Shown piece after piece: positions 55,092-63,649 of a DNA stretch of 64,000 nt. The position numbers and the translations under genes were made by a program. The stretch spans positions 84,405 to 148,404 of the forward strand of contig CAXNMF010000007.1 of NCBI GenBank assembly GCA_964203275.1, read 5' to 3'. Origin of the DNA: Burkholderiales bacterium (GTDB lineage: Bacteria > Pseudomonadota > Gammaproteobacteria > Burkholderiales > SG8-41). A model generated the notes under the pieces. That model did no database searches and was not told where the DNA came from. It saw nothing but the letters and a program-made list of their open reading frames with translations. How positions within the stretch are numbered: position 1 is the stretch's first letter; every line of letters begins with the position of its first letter.

Positions 55092-55808
55092 TTAACTATC
55101 CACAGGCTGCAATCCGCTGGCGATGATGGCCGGGTGTGCCTGCGATGAACGCAGGAACTGCAGCACCCGTCTGGCCGCGTCCGGATCCGGCGACGATGCC
55201 GCCACAGCACCGGAGAACAGCGTGATTTTTTGCGCCTCCGGCGGCAGCGGCGTCACATGTGAAATGCCAGGCACCGGCAACAGCTCGCTCATCTGCTCGA
55301 ATCCGATTTCGACCTCGCCCCGGGCCACCACGGCGCCGATGCGTTCATCACCGATGCAACGTGCCTTGCGCAACACCGCGCCTGCAATGCCGATCCGGGG
55401 CCACAGATCCTGCGCAAGATATTGCCCGCTGACGCTGGCCGAGTACGCGATTGAGGACGCCTCGAGCAGCGTGCGTTTGAAAGCATCCATCGTCGCGATA
55501 TTCGGCCGGGCGGCGCCCGCGCGTACTGCCATGCCCACCAATGACTGCACCAGCGGCACACGACTTCCGGCCAAGACCAGTCCATCGACCATGCATTGCC
55601 GAAGCAGGTCATCGGCCACGATCACGATATCCGCAACTTCACTGCGTTTCAGGCGATTGGGAATATAGGTATCGCCCACACCAACCGACCGTGACAGCAA
55701 CACCACCGGCCGCCCGATCAATTGCTCGATCACGGGCAACAACGACAGCAATGCCGCCGTCGATGCGCCAGAAGTCATCACGCCGAATACGCCCGCTTCA
55801 ACGGTCAT
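55092..55808 (-). CDS. Periplasmic-binding-protein-fold (ModA/SBP_bac_11-like) domain protein without an obvious signal peptide
   Basis: 238 aa with an alternating beta-alpha pattern and ADIVIVADD...AYSASVSGQY. Weak family recognition. Confidence 0.5.
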   Translation of the reverse strand: MTVEAGVFGVMTSGASTAALLSLLPVIEQLIGRPVVLLSRSVGVGDTYIPNRLKRSEVADIVIVADDLLRQCMVDGLVLAGSRVPLVQSLVGMAVRAGAARPNIATMDAFKRTLLEASSIAYSASVSGQYLAQDLWPRIGIAGAVLRKARCIGDERIGAVVARGEVEIGFEQMSELLPVPGISHVTPLPPEAQKITLFSGAVAASSPDPDAARRVLQFLRSSQAHPAIIASGLQPVDS

Positions 55809-55879
55809 TTTTTAACGTCGCGCGATAGCTGCATGGGATTGCAGCAGACCCTCAAAATCCCGACCTGCTTCACGGGGAA

Positions 55880-57004
55880 TCAGCTCTCCGTCACAGGCTC
55901 CGCGGATTCTTCCGCAGTCTTGAACGTACGCCGCCCCCACATCCAGTAGGCCAGCCAGGCCAGCAGGCACAACGCACCACCGGCGAGGATGAGAAGGGCT
56001 TCGTTGAGCATGTAATCGGATTTGTGCGATTTACGCGGCACGCTGTCGATTTTTGTCGTTGTCTGACCGCGCACTTCCTGTATCACCGGTGCTGACGCGA
56101 CCGGAACGATGGCGGCCGGCTCGGGGGGTGTGGAGGCCACTGGCGCCGCCGCAACCACTGCCGGCGCCGGACTTTGCACCACAGGCGCCTCGACCATGGA
56201 GTTCACCGCAACAGACTTCTCGTTGACGGTTTTCTCGACAGTGCTATTTTCTGCGCCAGACTTTTCTGGCGTGGGCTTCTCAACAACGGATTTTGTTTCC
56301 GTTTTTTCAGCCTCGGGTTTCGGCGCCGCAACGGCGACACGCTGCTCAGAAAAAGCCTGCTGCAACTGTGCAACCTGGCGCTCCATCACTGCAACCCGGT
56401 CGAGCATGTCGGCCAGTGATTTAGCACTGGCGCTTAACTGCGACTCCAGACGATTCAGCTCGCGATCGAAAGCAGCATTGTCGATACCGGCAACGGGCGC
56501 CACCGCTGACTTCGCAACGGACACACGCGGCGCCGTTGCGCGCGGCGCAGTGGCCTTCACTGCAACAGGTGCAGCCGCTTTGGCGGATTCGGTCGCGGAA
56601 GACGACACCGCAACCGCCGGCACATCGCCGTGCACACCCAGCATCACGTGATACGCCCGTACGATGCGGCCGCCACGCACCTCAAGTTCAACCAGCAAAG
56701 GTATCGAAGGTTCGTTCACCGGCCGTGTCGTCACGATATCAATGACGCGGCGACCGTTCGAACGGTATTGGATGGCCAGGCGAGCGCCGTTCAAGGCCGC
56801 GTTGTATTGGAGGCCTGCAGGTGCGTAGGCATCAGAAGATGCAAATCGCGGCGTGGCGGTTTCCAGTTCTTCCGCGGACAAGGAAAGCTCGATTTCAGCG
56901 CGGAGCGGTTCACCGATGGCCGACAGCACCGCCAGCCTCCCGAGGCTTGCCGCGCCTGCCGACGACACGGTCAACAGCAGCAGGACTGCCATCAAACCGC
57001 GCAA
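55880..57004 (-). CDS. FimV N-terminal-domain protein with a low-complexity EK-rich linker and a C-terminal TM anchor
   Basis: LGRLAVLSAIGEPLRAEIEL...RVIDIVTTRPVNEPSIPLLVEL, then (EK/xVEK) repeats, then LILAGGALCLLAWLAYWMW. The start is TTG 57004 or ATG 56992. Confidence 0.7.
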   Translation of the reverse strand: MRGLMAVLLLLTVSSAGAASLGRLAVLSAIGEPLRAEIELSLSAEELETATPRFASSDAYAPAGLQYNAALNGARLAIQYRSNGRRVIDIVTTRPVNEPSIPLLVELEVRGGRIVRAYHVMLGVHGDVPAVAVSSSATESAKAAAPVAVKATAPRATAPRVSVAKSAVAPVAGIDNAAFDRELNRLESQLSASAKSLADMLDRVAVMERQVAQLQQAFSEQRVAVAAPKPEAEKTETKSVVEKPTPEKSGAENSTVEKTVNEKSVAVNSMVEAPVVQSPAPAVVAAAPVASTPPEPAAIVPVASAPVIQEVRGQTTTKIDSVPRKSHKSDYMLNEALLILAGGALCLLAWLAYWMWGRRTFKTAEESAEPVTES

Positions 57005-57223
57005 TGTCAGGATGGGACTAACGATGCCACCTCCCGATCTACGAATTAGGCGTGAAAGTTACTCCTTTACTATCAGAATATCAAGTAACCCATTATTAAT
57101 ATTGAATAATTCTGTATTTTTCCCATTAAATTCCGATCCAATACCAGCCCGCCCCCTCTACATTGACGCCAACAAGCCCGCGCTGACCGGATTTCAGTAA
57201 ACCGCGCACACCTCATCGACGGC

Positions 57224-57238
57224 TGGCGATATACCTGC
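57224..57238 (+). promoter_or_regulatory. Sigma-54-like -24/-12 element (TGGCGATATACCTGC)
   Basis: The GG-N10-GC spacing is correct. It is intergenic, about 215-255 bp upstream of the PEP-CTERM gene. Several such matches are expected by chance in 128 kb of two-strand sequence. Confidence 0.25.
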
Positions 57239-57450
57239 CGCAAAGCGCATTCAGCAGGCTCACCAACGGCGGCCAACTGCCAAAAACCGCACATATTCCT
57301 ATAGCCAATAACTGGAAGCTCCTATCCATTGCCCAATACACCACCCATGCAATTCGGGAGCTTGGTCCGATGTGCGCCGGGCGCACGGCCGGTATCGTCA
57401 CATCCAATGCAACAGGCCCGTTTCGGAAACGTCACATCTTCCGCAAGCGG

Positions 57451-58125
57451 ATGGCAAACGAGACCGACCAAGGAATTCAAGTGGAACTGTTAGAAGACAA
57501 AGCCCAAAGCCTGCTGGTCATGACCAGGCGCTTCCTGGTGACCGCATTCATCGTCACCGCTGTTGCGCTGTTTGCCAACGCGGCGCAGGCCGCGACATTT
57601 ACCGAAGACTTCGAAGCCGATTTCCCCACATGGGAAAGCAACTGGCTCGGCTTGAACAGCGATCTCAACAATTACTACTGCGGCGGCGCCCGCGGGTGTT
57701 ATGACCGCGGCAACAACCCCGACGGGTTATGGGCATATGGTACAAGCTCGATCACCGTCAATTTCGCCGGCAGCTTTGCCGCCAGCCTGGAATCACTGTC
57801 GCTGGATGTCGCCGGATTTACAAGCACGAACCTGCTGGCCTATGACATCAGCAACAACCTGATTTTCAACAGTGCCGTCACGCTGACCTCAGGTGCTTTC
57901 ACGGATCCCGGCCTCTACTCCAACTACACGATTACCTCGAGCAACGGCATCAGCCGCTTCGTATTCGACTCCAACAACGCCAGAGGCAACACCTCGATCG
58001 ACAACGTGATTGCCGTGACCTCGGTCGCCGCCCCGGTACCGGAACCCGAAATCTACGCCATGCTCGGCGCCGGTCTCGGCCTGATGGGCTGGGTTGCACG
58101 CCGCAGGAAACAACGCGTCGCATGA
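57451..58125 (+). CDS. PEP-CTERM sorting-domain protein
   Basis: The C-terminus VPEPEIYAMLGAGLGLMGWVARRRK is a canonical PEP-CTERM anchor. An alternative GTG start at 57481 (AAGGA 6 nt upstream) is supported by the paralog at 58392. Confidence 0.85.
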   Translation: MANETDQGIQVELLEDKAQSLLVMTRRFLVTAFIVTAVALFANAAQAATFTEDFEADFPTWESNWLGLNSDLNNYYCGGARGCYDRGNNPDGLWAYGTSSITVNFAGSFAASLESLSLDVAGFTSTNLLAYDISNNLIFNSAVTLTSGAFTDPGLYSNYTITSSNGISRFVFDSNNARGNTSIDNVIAVTSVAAPVPEPEIYAMLGAGLGLMGWVARRRKQRVA

Positions 58126-58148
58126 GCAGCATCAGCTGAAATAAAAAA

Positions 58149-58170
58149 CCCCGCCTTAGCGGGGTTTTTT
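58149..58170 (+). terminator. Intrinsic terminator after the PEP-CTERM gene
   Basis: AAAAAA-CCCCGC-ctta-GCGGGG-TTTTTT. Confidence 0.85.
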
Positions 58171-58391
58171 ATTTCATTTAGCAGTCTGCTGCAGCAGTCA
58201 CACCCAGCCGAAACCGGCATTTTCCAGCCAATAAAAACCCCAATGCCGCAAGGCGCCCGCGAGTCGAAAGAGGGTTCTGATGTGCGCCCGAGTACAGACC
58301 GGCATCGTCATTTCGAGTGCAAAAGCCTCGTGACCGGAAGCACCCCGCATCCGAAACACGGTTGGAACACAAAATGCCGGAGAAGACGCGT

Positions 58392-58511
58392 ATGAAAGGG
58401 CTGGAAGACAAAGCCGAGGTTCTGCTGGTTCTGACCAGACGGTTGCTGGCCATCTCGTTTGTCATCACCGCCATTGCACTGTTTGTCAGTAGTGGGGCAT
58501 TCACGATCTGA
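58392..58511 (+). CDS. 39-aa leader-only paralog of the PEP-CTERM protein N-terminus (micro-protein or gene remnant)
   Basis: MKGLEDKAEVLLVLTRRLLAISFVITAIALFVSSGAFTI aligns with (M)ELLEDKAQSLLVMTRRFLVTAFIVTAVALFANAAQAATFT. GGAGAAG lies 6 nt upstream. About 70% nt identity by eye. Confidence 0.45.
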   Translation: MKGLEDKAEVLLVLTRRLLAISFVITAIALFVSSGAFTI

Positions 58512-58535
58512 ATCAAAAACATTTCGTGCAAAAAA

Positions 58536-58553
58536 CCCGCCATGGCGGGTTTT
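58536..58553. terminator. Probable bidirectional terminator
   Basis: AAAAAA-CCCGCCATGGCGGG-TTTT, a perfect palindrome between the mini-ORF (+) and the TauD-like gene (-). Confidence 0.6.
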
Positions 58554-58594
58554 GCCGGCTGCACTTGCAGCGCGCGAAGTAGCACAACAGCACC

Positions 58595-59629
58595 TCAGCC
58601 CATGTAAAACGGCCTGCCGTGATTGCGGATCCAGATGCGTACCAGATGACGGCGCATCGCCGGATCGCTGTGATCGGTATAACCGGTACGGCGATGGCCG
58701 AGCTGGCGGTTGTTGACGATCTGGATCTGCCCGCGCTCGAACGCAAACGACTTGCCGAGCCCGGGTGACTCGGTGATTTCGCGCAAGGCATCCAGCGCCG
58801 CCTTGGCCTCTGCATCCATCTCCACGCCGGCCAGCTCATAACCCTGGCGAATGATGCGCGGCGAAAAATTGAAGGCGATGGTTTTACCGTCGTATTCAAT
58901 CATCGGTTTCTGGTGCGTCAGCACATCGCCCGGCGCATGTTCACGCTGGCGGTCGTAATAAAACGGCTGATACAGGCGTGGCAGGATATCGGGATACCGC
59001 TCCAGCAACTGGTTATAGACCGTCTCGAAACTGATCAGCCCGGATATACCGCCCTCCACTGCCGTCCGCAGGCAGAACAGCGCGACAAAATCCGGCGGCA
59101 GATTGAAAGCGTTGTCGACGTGATATCCCTGCGCGGCATTGGTCTTCGAAGAACGCACGCCATTGCCGGCGGCCGTTTCCATTTTGGTGTCGGTCACATC
59201 GTAGAGCATGGTGCCGTCCCACTTCTGCGCCACCGTGCCGCCGATCATGTTCATCAGAATCCAGTACAGCTTCTTGCTGGTTTCGACGTCGAATTCATCA
59301 AGCGGCAAACGGTCAATGATCGCAAACCCCATGCCAGTATTGAGCTGCTCGCGAACCGCAACCATCAAGGCACGGCAGGCCGGCATCTCGAAATAGCCCG
59401 GACGAATCGCTTCGGCGGGCAATGGATTCGCGACCAGCTCGCGCGCCACGGCACGCAACTCGTCGAGATGCCGCGCCTCCAGCGTCACCAACCCATCGTT
59501 CGGCAAAAGAGTCTCGGCGACCCAGGTCATCGGACTGGCGAGCCGCTCTTTGCGGATCAGCGATGAAATGCCCGCAACAGGATTCATTGCGCTGGCGCCT
59601 GACGTGATCTGACTGGTGTGCATCATCAT
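58595..59629 (-). CDS. TauD/TfdA-family Fe(II)/2-oxoglutarate-dependent dioxygenase
   Basis: GYHVDNAF (H-x-D), a distal His in LGHRRTGY, and a clavaminate-synthase-like length. The start is ambiguous among the ATGATGATG triplet after GGAGGAG. Confidence 0.75.
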   Translation of the reverse strand: MMMHTSQITSGASAMNPVAGISSLIRKERLASPMTWVAETLLPNDGLVTLEARHLDELRAVARELVANPLPAEAIRPGYFEMPACRALMVAVREQLNTGMGFAIIDRLPLDEFDVETSKKLYWILMNMIGGTVAQKWDGTMLYDVTDTKMETAAGNGVRSSKTNAAQGYHVDNAFNLPPDFVALFCLRTAVEGGISGLISFETVYNQLLERYPDILPRLYQPFYYDRQREHAPGDVLTHQKPMIEYDGKTIAFNFSPRIIRQGYELAGVEMDAEAKAALDALREITESPGLGKSFAFERGQIQIVNNRQLGHRRTGYTDHSDPAMRRHLVRIWIRNHGRPFYMG

Positions 59630-59730
59630 CTCCTCCATCCCTCTGCAGTTCACACTGTGAAAATTTTATTATTAATATTCATTTTTAATATTCAATACTA
59701 TAGCGAACAACTCCTGCCGCGACAGCAACG

Positions 59731-60939
59731 CTAGGCTGCACTCCCTGCCGCATGCCCCGACGCCCAGGCCCACTGGAAGTTATAACCGCCGAGCCAGCCC
59801 GTTACATCTACCACCTCGCCGATGAAATGCAGGCCCGGCAGCGCACGCACTTCCAGCGTCTGCTGTGACAGCGCCGCAGTATCAACGCCACCCAGCGTCA
59901 CCTCCGCCTTCGCATAACCCAGCGTGCCCGAAGGCTGGATCGGCCAGCCCTTCAGCGTCTGCGCAATGGTCTGCAGCGTTGCATTCGACAACTGCACCAG
60001 CGGCTGTGTCCAGCCATGCAATTCCGCAAAGCTCACTGCAAAACGCCGCGGCAGGTGTTCCGCCAGCAAGGCACCCAGCCCCTGCTGATCGCGGCGATGG
60101 GCATTGAGCCATGCGCCGGCATCGAGATCCGGCAACAGATCCAGCGCCACCGGCCCGCGCGCACCGTTCGATTGCCAGTACGACGACACCTGCAGGATCG
60201 ACGGCCCCGACAGCCCGCGATGCGTGATCAGCGCCGCTTCGCGAAAGCGCGGATTCACCGCGCCGCGCGGCACCTCCACACAAGTGGTCACCGCATCAAA
60301 TGATGAACCCGACAACACCCCGAAACGTTCCAGCCATTCCGGCGGCGCCGCCAGCGGCACCAGCGCCGGTTTGGGCGGCACCACGGCAATGCCGAACTGC
60401 TCGGCGAGACGCAAACCAAAAGGCGTGGCGCCGATTTTCGGAATCGACAGCCCGCCGGTCGCCACCACCAGCGACTGCGTGCGATAACTGCCCTTGCTCG
60501 TGGCCACCTCAAAACCCGGCGCATCACCGGGCAACCGCTCAACGCGCTCAATGCTCACCGGCATCGCCCACTGCACATTCACCGCATCACATTCGGCCTT
60601 GAGCATCGCAATAATTTGCATTGCGCTGTCATCACAAAACAGCTGACCCAGATTGCGTTCGTGATAAGTAATGCCATGGCGCTCGACCAGCGCAATGAAG
60701 TCGCGCGGCGTATAACGTGCCAGCGCCGAGCGGCAGAAATGCGGATTACGCGACAGGAAATTCGCCGGGCCGACTTCACGGTTGGTGAAATTGCAGCGCC
60801 CGCCGCCGGAAATGCGGATTTTTTCAGCGAGCGTGACGGCGTGGTCCACCAGCAGCACACGGCGACCGCGCGCGCCGGCGACCGCCGCGCACATCATGCC
60901 GGCAGCGCCGGCACCCAGAACAATGACATCGAAATCCAT
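59731..60939 (-). CDS. HI0933-like NAD(P)/FAD-dependent flavoprotein (BaiN/aminoacetone oxidase family)
   Basis: MDFDVIVLGAGAAGMMCA...AEKIRISGGGRCNFTN...GEVVDVTGWLGGYNFQWAW. Confidence 0.85.
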   Translation of the reverse strand: MDFDVIVLGAGAAGMMCAAVAGARGRRVLLVDHAVTLAEKIRISGGGRCNFTNREVGPANFLSRNPHFCRSALARYTPRDFIALVERHGITYHERNLGQLFCDDSAMQIIAMLKAECDAVNVQWAMPVSIERVERLPGDAPGFEVATSKGSYRTQSLVVATGGLSIPKIGATPFGLRLAEQFGIAVVPPKPALVPLAAPPEWLERFGVLSGSSFDAVTTCVEVPRGAVNPRFREAALITHRGLSGPSILQVSSYWQSNGARGPVALDLLPDLDAGAWLNAHRRDQQGLGALLAEHLPRRFAVSFAELHGWTQPLVQLSNATLQTIAQTLKGWPIQPSGTLGYAKAEVTLGGVDTAALSQQTLEVRALPGLHFIGEVVDVTGWLGGYNFQWAWASGHAAGSAA

Positions 60940-61049
60940 GTGCGGCCTGCAGCAGAGAATGGAGGCATCTTACAGCTGATGCGAAAAAGGCCCGCATCAT
61001 ACCGCGAAGATCACCGTTACCACTCTCCCGCCACAACGCCGCGGCGCCA

Positions 61050-61700
61050 TTACCGTGACAGCAACCGCGAATCCACAGTCCTCTGCAGCTCATCCTGCTC
61101 AACCTGCTCATCGAGCAGACCGGAAACCGAACACTCCGGGTTCCTGACCTTGCGTTTGATCGTCATCGTGCCATTGAGGGTGCCATCCATGCCGCAGATC
61201 TTCTGGCGGGCAACATTCCGGAATTCGAACTCATAACGGTCACGCAGCGTGCGAATCAGGATGGGCCCGTGCAAGGTCTGCACCCGTGTTGCGCCATCCG
61301 CCGTCTGACGCCACTTCACGAACGGCGTGTCGCGCTGGATATCCAGCGAACAGGTGCGCGGCTTGCGCTTGCTGTAAAACGCAAAGCCGGCGACCTCGCC
61401 ACCGCGCGTCTCCAACGCCATGCGCGCCTGCAAATCCTCAACACCGGCCATGCAATCAATCTGCTCCACCTTGCCGCTCAGCACCGGCAGCTTCTGATCC
61501 CCCGGCACATCCGCCATGAGGTCTGCTTCCTCGGGATCACCTTCCGGCTCAATCTGCCCGTCCGGCTCAATGCGCGGAATATCAGCCGGTGGCGGACGCA
61601 TCACCAGCGCCGGCGTTTGCACCGCCGTTTGCGCACAGGCGCCCAACAACACGCTGATCACTAGAGGAATACATTTCACACAAAATCCGGGTAATCGCAT
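61050..61700 (-). CDS. Hypothetical lipoprotein
   Basis: Lipobox VLLGAC followed by a Pro/Glu-rich linker. No family recognised. Confidence 0.6.
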   Translation of the reverse strand: MRLPGFCVKCIPLVISVLLGACAQTAVQTPALVMRPPPADIPRIEPDGQIEPEGDPEEADLMADVPGDQKLPVLSGKVEQIDCMAGVEDLQARMALETRGGEVAGFAFYSKRKPRTCSLDIQRDTPFVKWRQTADGATRVQTLHGPILIRTLRDRYEFEFRNVARQKICGMDGTLNGTMTIKRKVRNPECSVSGLLDEQVEQDELQRTVDSRLLSR

Positions 61701-61945
61701 GACACGAATCCTTCACACAGGTGCCTGTAAATTATTCTTATTGGATCCCCTGTCAGAACCAGATTATTTCACGTGAGTTCCCGCACGTAACGTAATGAAT
61801 GCAATCTGTCGCCACCGCACGACGAAAAACGCAGATCGTCAATCAAAAAAGGAACATCGCAGACCTGATCAAAGGCATGCAAACATTCCTTTCGTCGCCC
61901 GATACCGACAAGCACCGCGCGCGCACTGCAATTCAGACCGCCGTA

Positions 61946-62068
61946 TTACTTCAGCTTGATCGCATCCAGCGTCTTGGGTTTGGCCAGTCCGCCGGCCACC
62001 GGGACGGCCTTTTTATCCTTCTTCGGTTTTTTCTGTTCCTTGTTGCTGCGGAGCTGGCCTTTGGCCAT
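61946..62068 (-). CDS. 40-aa lysine-rich small protein (too short for the ORF track)
   Basis: MAKGQLRSNKEQKKPKKDKKAVPVAGGLAKPKTLDAIKLK. AAGGA lies about 7 nt upstream. It resembles small MAKGQ..N.E.KKPKK proteins seen in other proteobacteria; this comes from memory only. Confidence 0.5.
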   Translation of the reverse strand: MAKGQLRSNKEQKKPKKDKKAVPVAGGLAKPKTLDAIKLK

Positions 62069-62303
62069 GGTCGTAGTCCTTGAGATGCTGCGTGGAGAAA
62101 CTGAATGAAGTGAATAAATCACTTCGCGACTACCGGAACAATCTTACCCTGTTGCCTCCCGCTTACGGGGAAATGATCGTGCGCACATCAGACCAAATCA
62201 CGGACTAAATCGAATAATTCAAGCGATTAATTCACCCGGCACTAGTCATGACCCGTCCGATGAGAGTATTTTCTGGGCCACAACAACGAGGAGCATTCAT
62301 TTC

Positions 62304-63272
62304 ATGAACATCACAAACCGCACTGTGCAGCGCGCCCTCATCGCCGCGCTGCTCATCGCCCCGCTCGCCGCCACTGCCGCTTATCCCGAGCGCCCCGTGC
62401 GCATCATCGTGCCCGTCTCCGCCGGCGGCGGAGTTGACGCTTTGGCGCGGATCATTGCCCAGCATTACAACGCGGTGTGGGGCCAGCCCTTCATCGTCGA
62501 CAACCGGCCCGGCGCCGGCGGCAGCCTCGGCCCTGAAATGGTCGCGCGCGCCACACCTGACGGCTACACGCTGATGGTGAGCAGCAGCAGCTACATCACC
62601 AATGCCGCGATCCGCAGCGTGCGTTACGACCCGATCACCGACTTCCAGCCGATCACCAAACTCACCACCAACCCCTACCTGATCGTCGTCACGCCATCGC
62701 TGCCCGTCAAAACCGTCACCGACCTGATCAACCTCGCCAAAGCCAAACCCGACACCGTCACCTATGCCTCATCGGGCACCGGCGGCGTGCTGCACCTCGG
62801 CGGCGAACTGCTCGCGACCCTCGCCGGCATCAAAATGACCCACGTGCCCTACAAAGGCGTGGCCGACGGTTACCCCGCGGTGATCTCCGGCCAGGTGAAC
62901 TGGATGCTCGGCAGCCCGATCTCCGCACAACCGCTGATGAAAGCCGGCCGCCTGCGCGGCATCGCAGTCACCAGTGAAAAACGCCTCAAGGCCCTGCCCG
63001 ACCTGCCGGCCATCGGCGAAACCGTACGCGGTTATGAAGTCAGTGCGTGGTTCGGCCTGTTCGGCCCGGCGAAACTGCCGCCCGCCATTGTCGAACAGCT
63101 ATACAAGGAAGCCTCGAAAGCCGTCACCGAACCGACCCTCGCCGCCAAGATGGAAGCCGGCGGCACCGAGACTGTCGGCAATCCGCCGCGTGAATTCACG
63201 CAACAGACCAAAGCCGAATACGAGAAGTGGCGCAACCTGGTGAAGAAGGCCAATCTCAAGCTGGAAAACTAA
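62304..63272 (+). CDS. Bug/TctC-family substrate-binding protein
   Basis: YPERPVRIIVPVSAGGGVDALAR and HVPYKGVADG. Confidence 0.9.
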   Translation: MNITNRTVQRALIAALLIAPLAATAAYPERPVRIIVPVSAGGGVDALARIIAQHYNAVWGQPFIVDNRPGAGGSLGPEMVARATPDGYTLMVSSSSYITNAAIRSVRYDPITDFQPITKLTTNPYLIVVTPSLPVKTVTDLINLAKAKPDTVTYASSGTGGVLHLGGELLATLAGIKMTHVPYKGVADGYPAVISGQVNWMLGSPISAQPLMKAGRLRGIAVTSEKRLKALPDLPAIGETVRGYEVSAWFGLFGPAKLPPAIVEQLYKEASKAVTEPTLAAKMEAGGTETVGNPPREFTQQTKAEYEKWRNLVKKANLKLEN

Positions 63273-63649
63273 GCCACACGTACCGACATTAATCCCGCCG
63301 CACGTCCGCGGGCCTTCGGACGGATCACGATCTGCACGTCGCGATCGAGCTGCGTCAGAAAACGCATTAACCGCTCGGATGAAAACCGTGTGAGTTTGTA
63401 ATTACGCAACTCCGAAATATGCGGCTGCGGAATCCCGAATAGCGCCGACGCCTGCGCCTGAGTAAGCGGGCGTGCGACGATCAAATCGTTCAACTGCATG
63501 GCAAGCTGCACACGCAATCGGCGTTCATCAGAATCAGCGAAACCCAGATCGGTAAACACATTGCCGCTGCCGGCATCCACTGTGTCTGGTTTTCCGGGCC
63601 GCGCAGTTTTAGCGGGCTGTTTTGTCTTGGCAGTCACTTTACTGACCAT
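63269..63649 (-). CDS. XRE-family HTH antitoxin (HigA-like)
   Basis: Start at MVSKVTAK. Contains LTQAQASALFGIPQPHISELRNYKLTRFSSERLMRFL. It overlaps the upstream toxin gene by 11 nt. Confidence 0.8.
   Translation of the reverse strand: MVSKVTAKTKQPAKTARPGKPDTVDAGSGNVFTDLGFADSDERRLRVQLAMQLNDLIVARPLTQAQASALFGIPQPHISELRNYKLTRFSSERLMRFLTQLDRDVQIVIRPKARGRAAGLMSVRVA

Noticed and set aside
56170-56330. An imperfect tandem nucleotide periodicity in the FimV-like gene.
   Set aside because: It is explained by the low-complexity (x-V-E-K / E-K-S) linker of the protein. It is not an independent DNA repeat or a CRISPR-like array.
58363-58377. A second sigma-54-like element, TGGAACACAAAATGC, in front of the leader-only mini-ORF.
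   Set aside because: Its -12 GC lies only 15 nt before the ATG at 58392. The transcript would start downstream of the GGAGAAG ribosome-binding site that is conserved with the paralog. The aligned position upstream of the PEP-CTERM gene lacks the -12 element.
57061-59700. A shared 12-mer ATTATTAATATT in the AT islands upstream of the FimV-like gene (57092-57103) and the TauD-like gene (59668-59679), plus a TTAATATTCA direct repeat at 59672-59694. Considered as a common operator or Fur box.
   Set aside because: Within two ~70-bp tracts made almost only of A and T, a 12-mer match is expected by chance (order of one). The match to the Fur consensus is only about 9 of 19. The tracts are probably just AT-rich promoter regions.
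61799-62083. A 94-aa plus-strand ORF in the gap between the lipoprotein and Bug genes.
   Set aside because: It has no ribosome-binding site and an odd composition. It overlaps a better-supported 40-aa minus-strand ORF with an RBS and a recognisable small-protein pattern.
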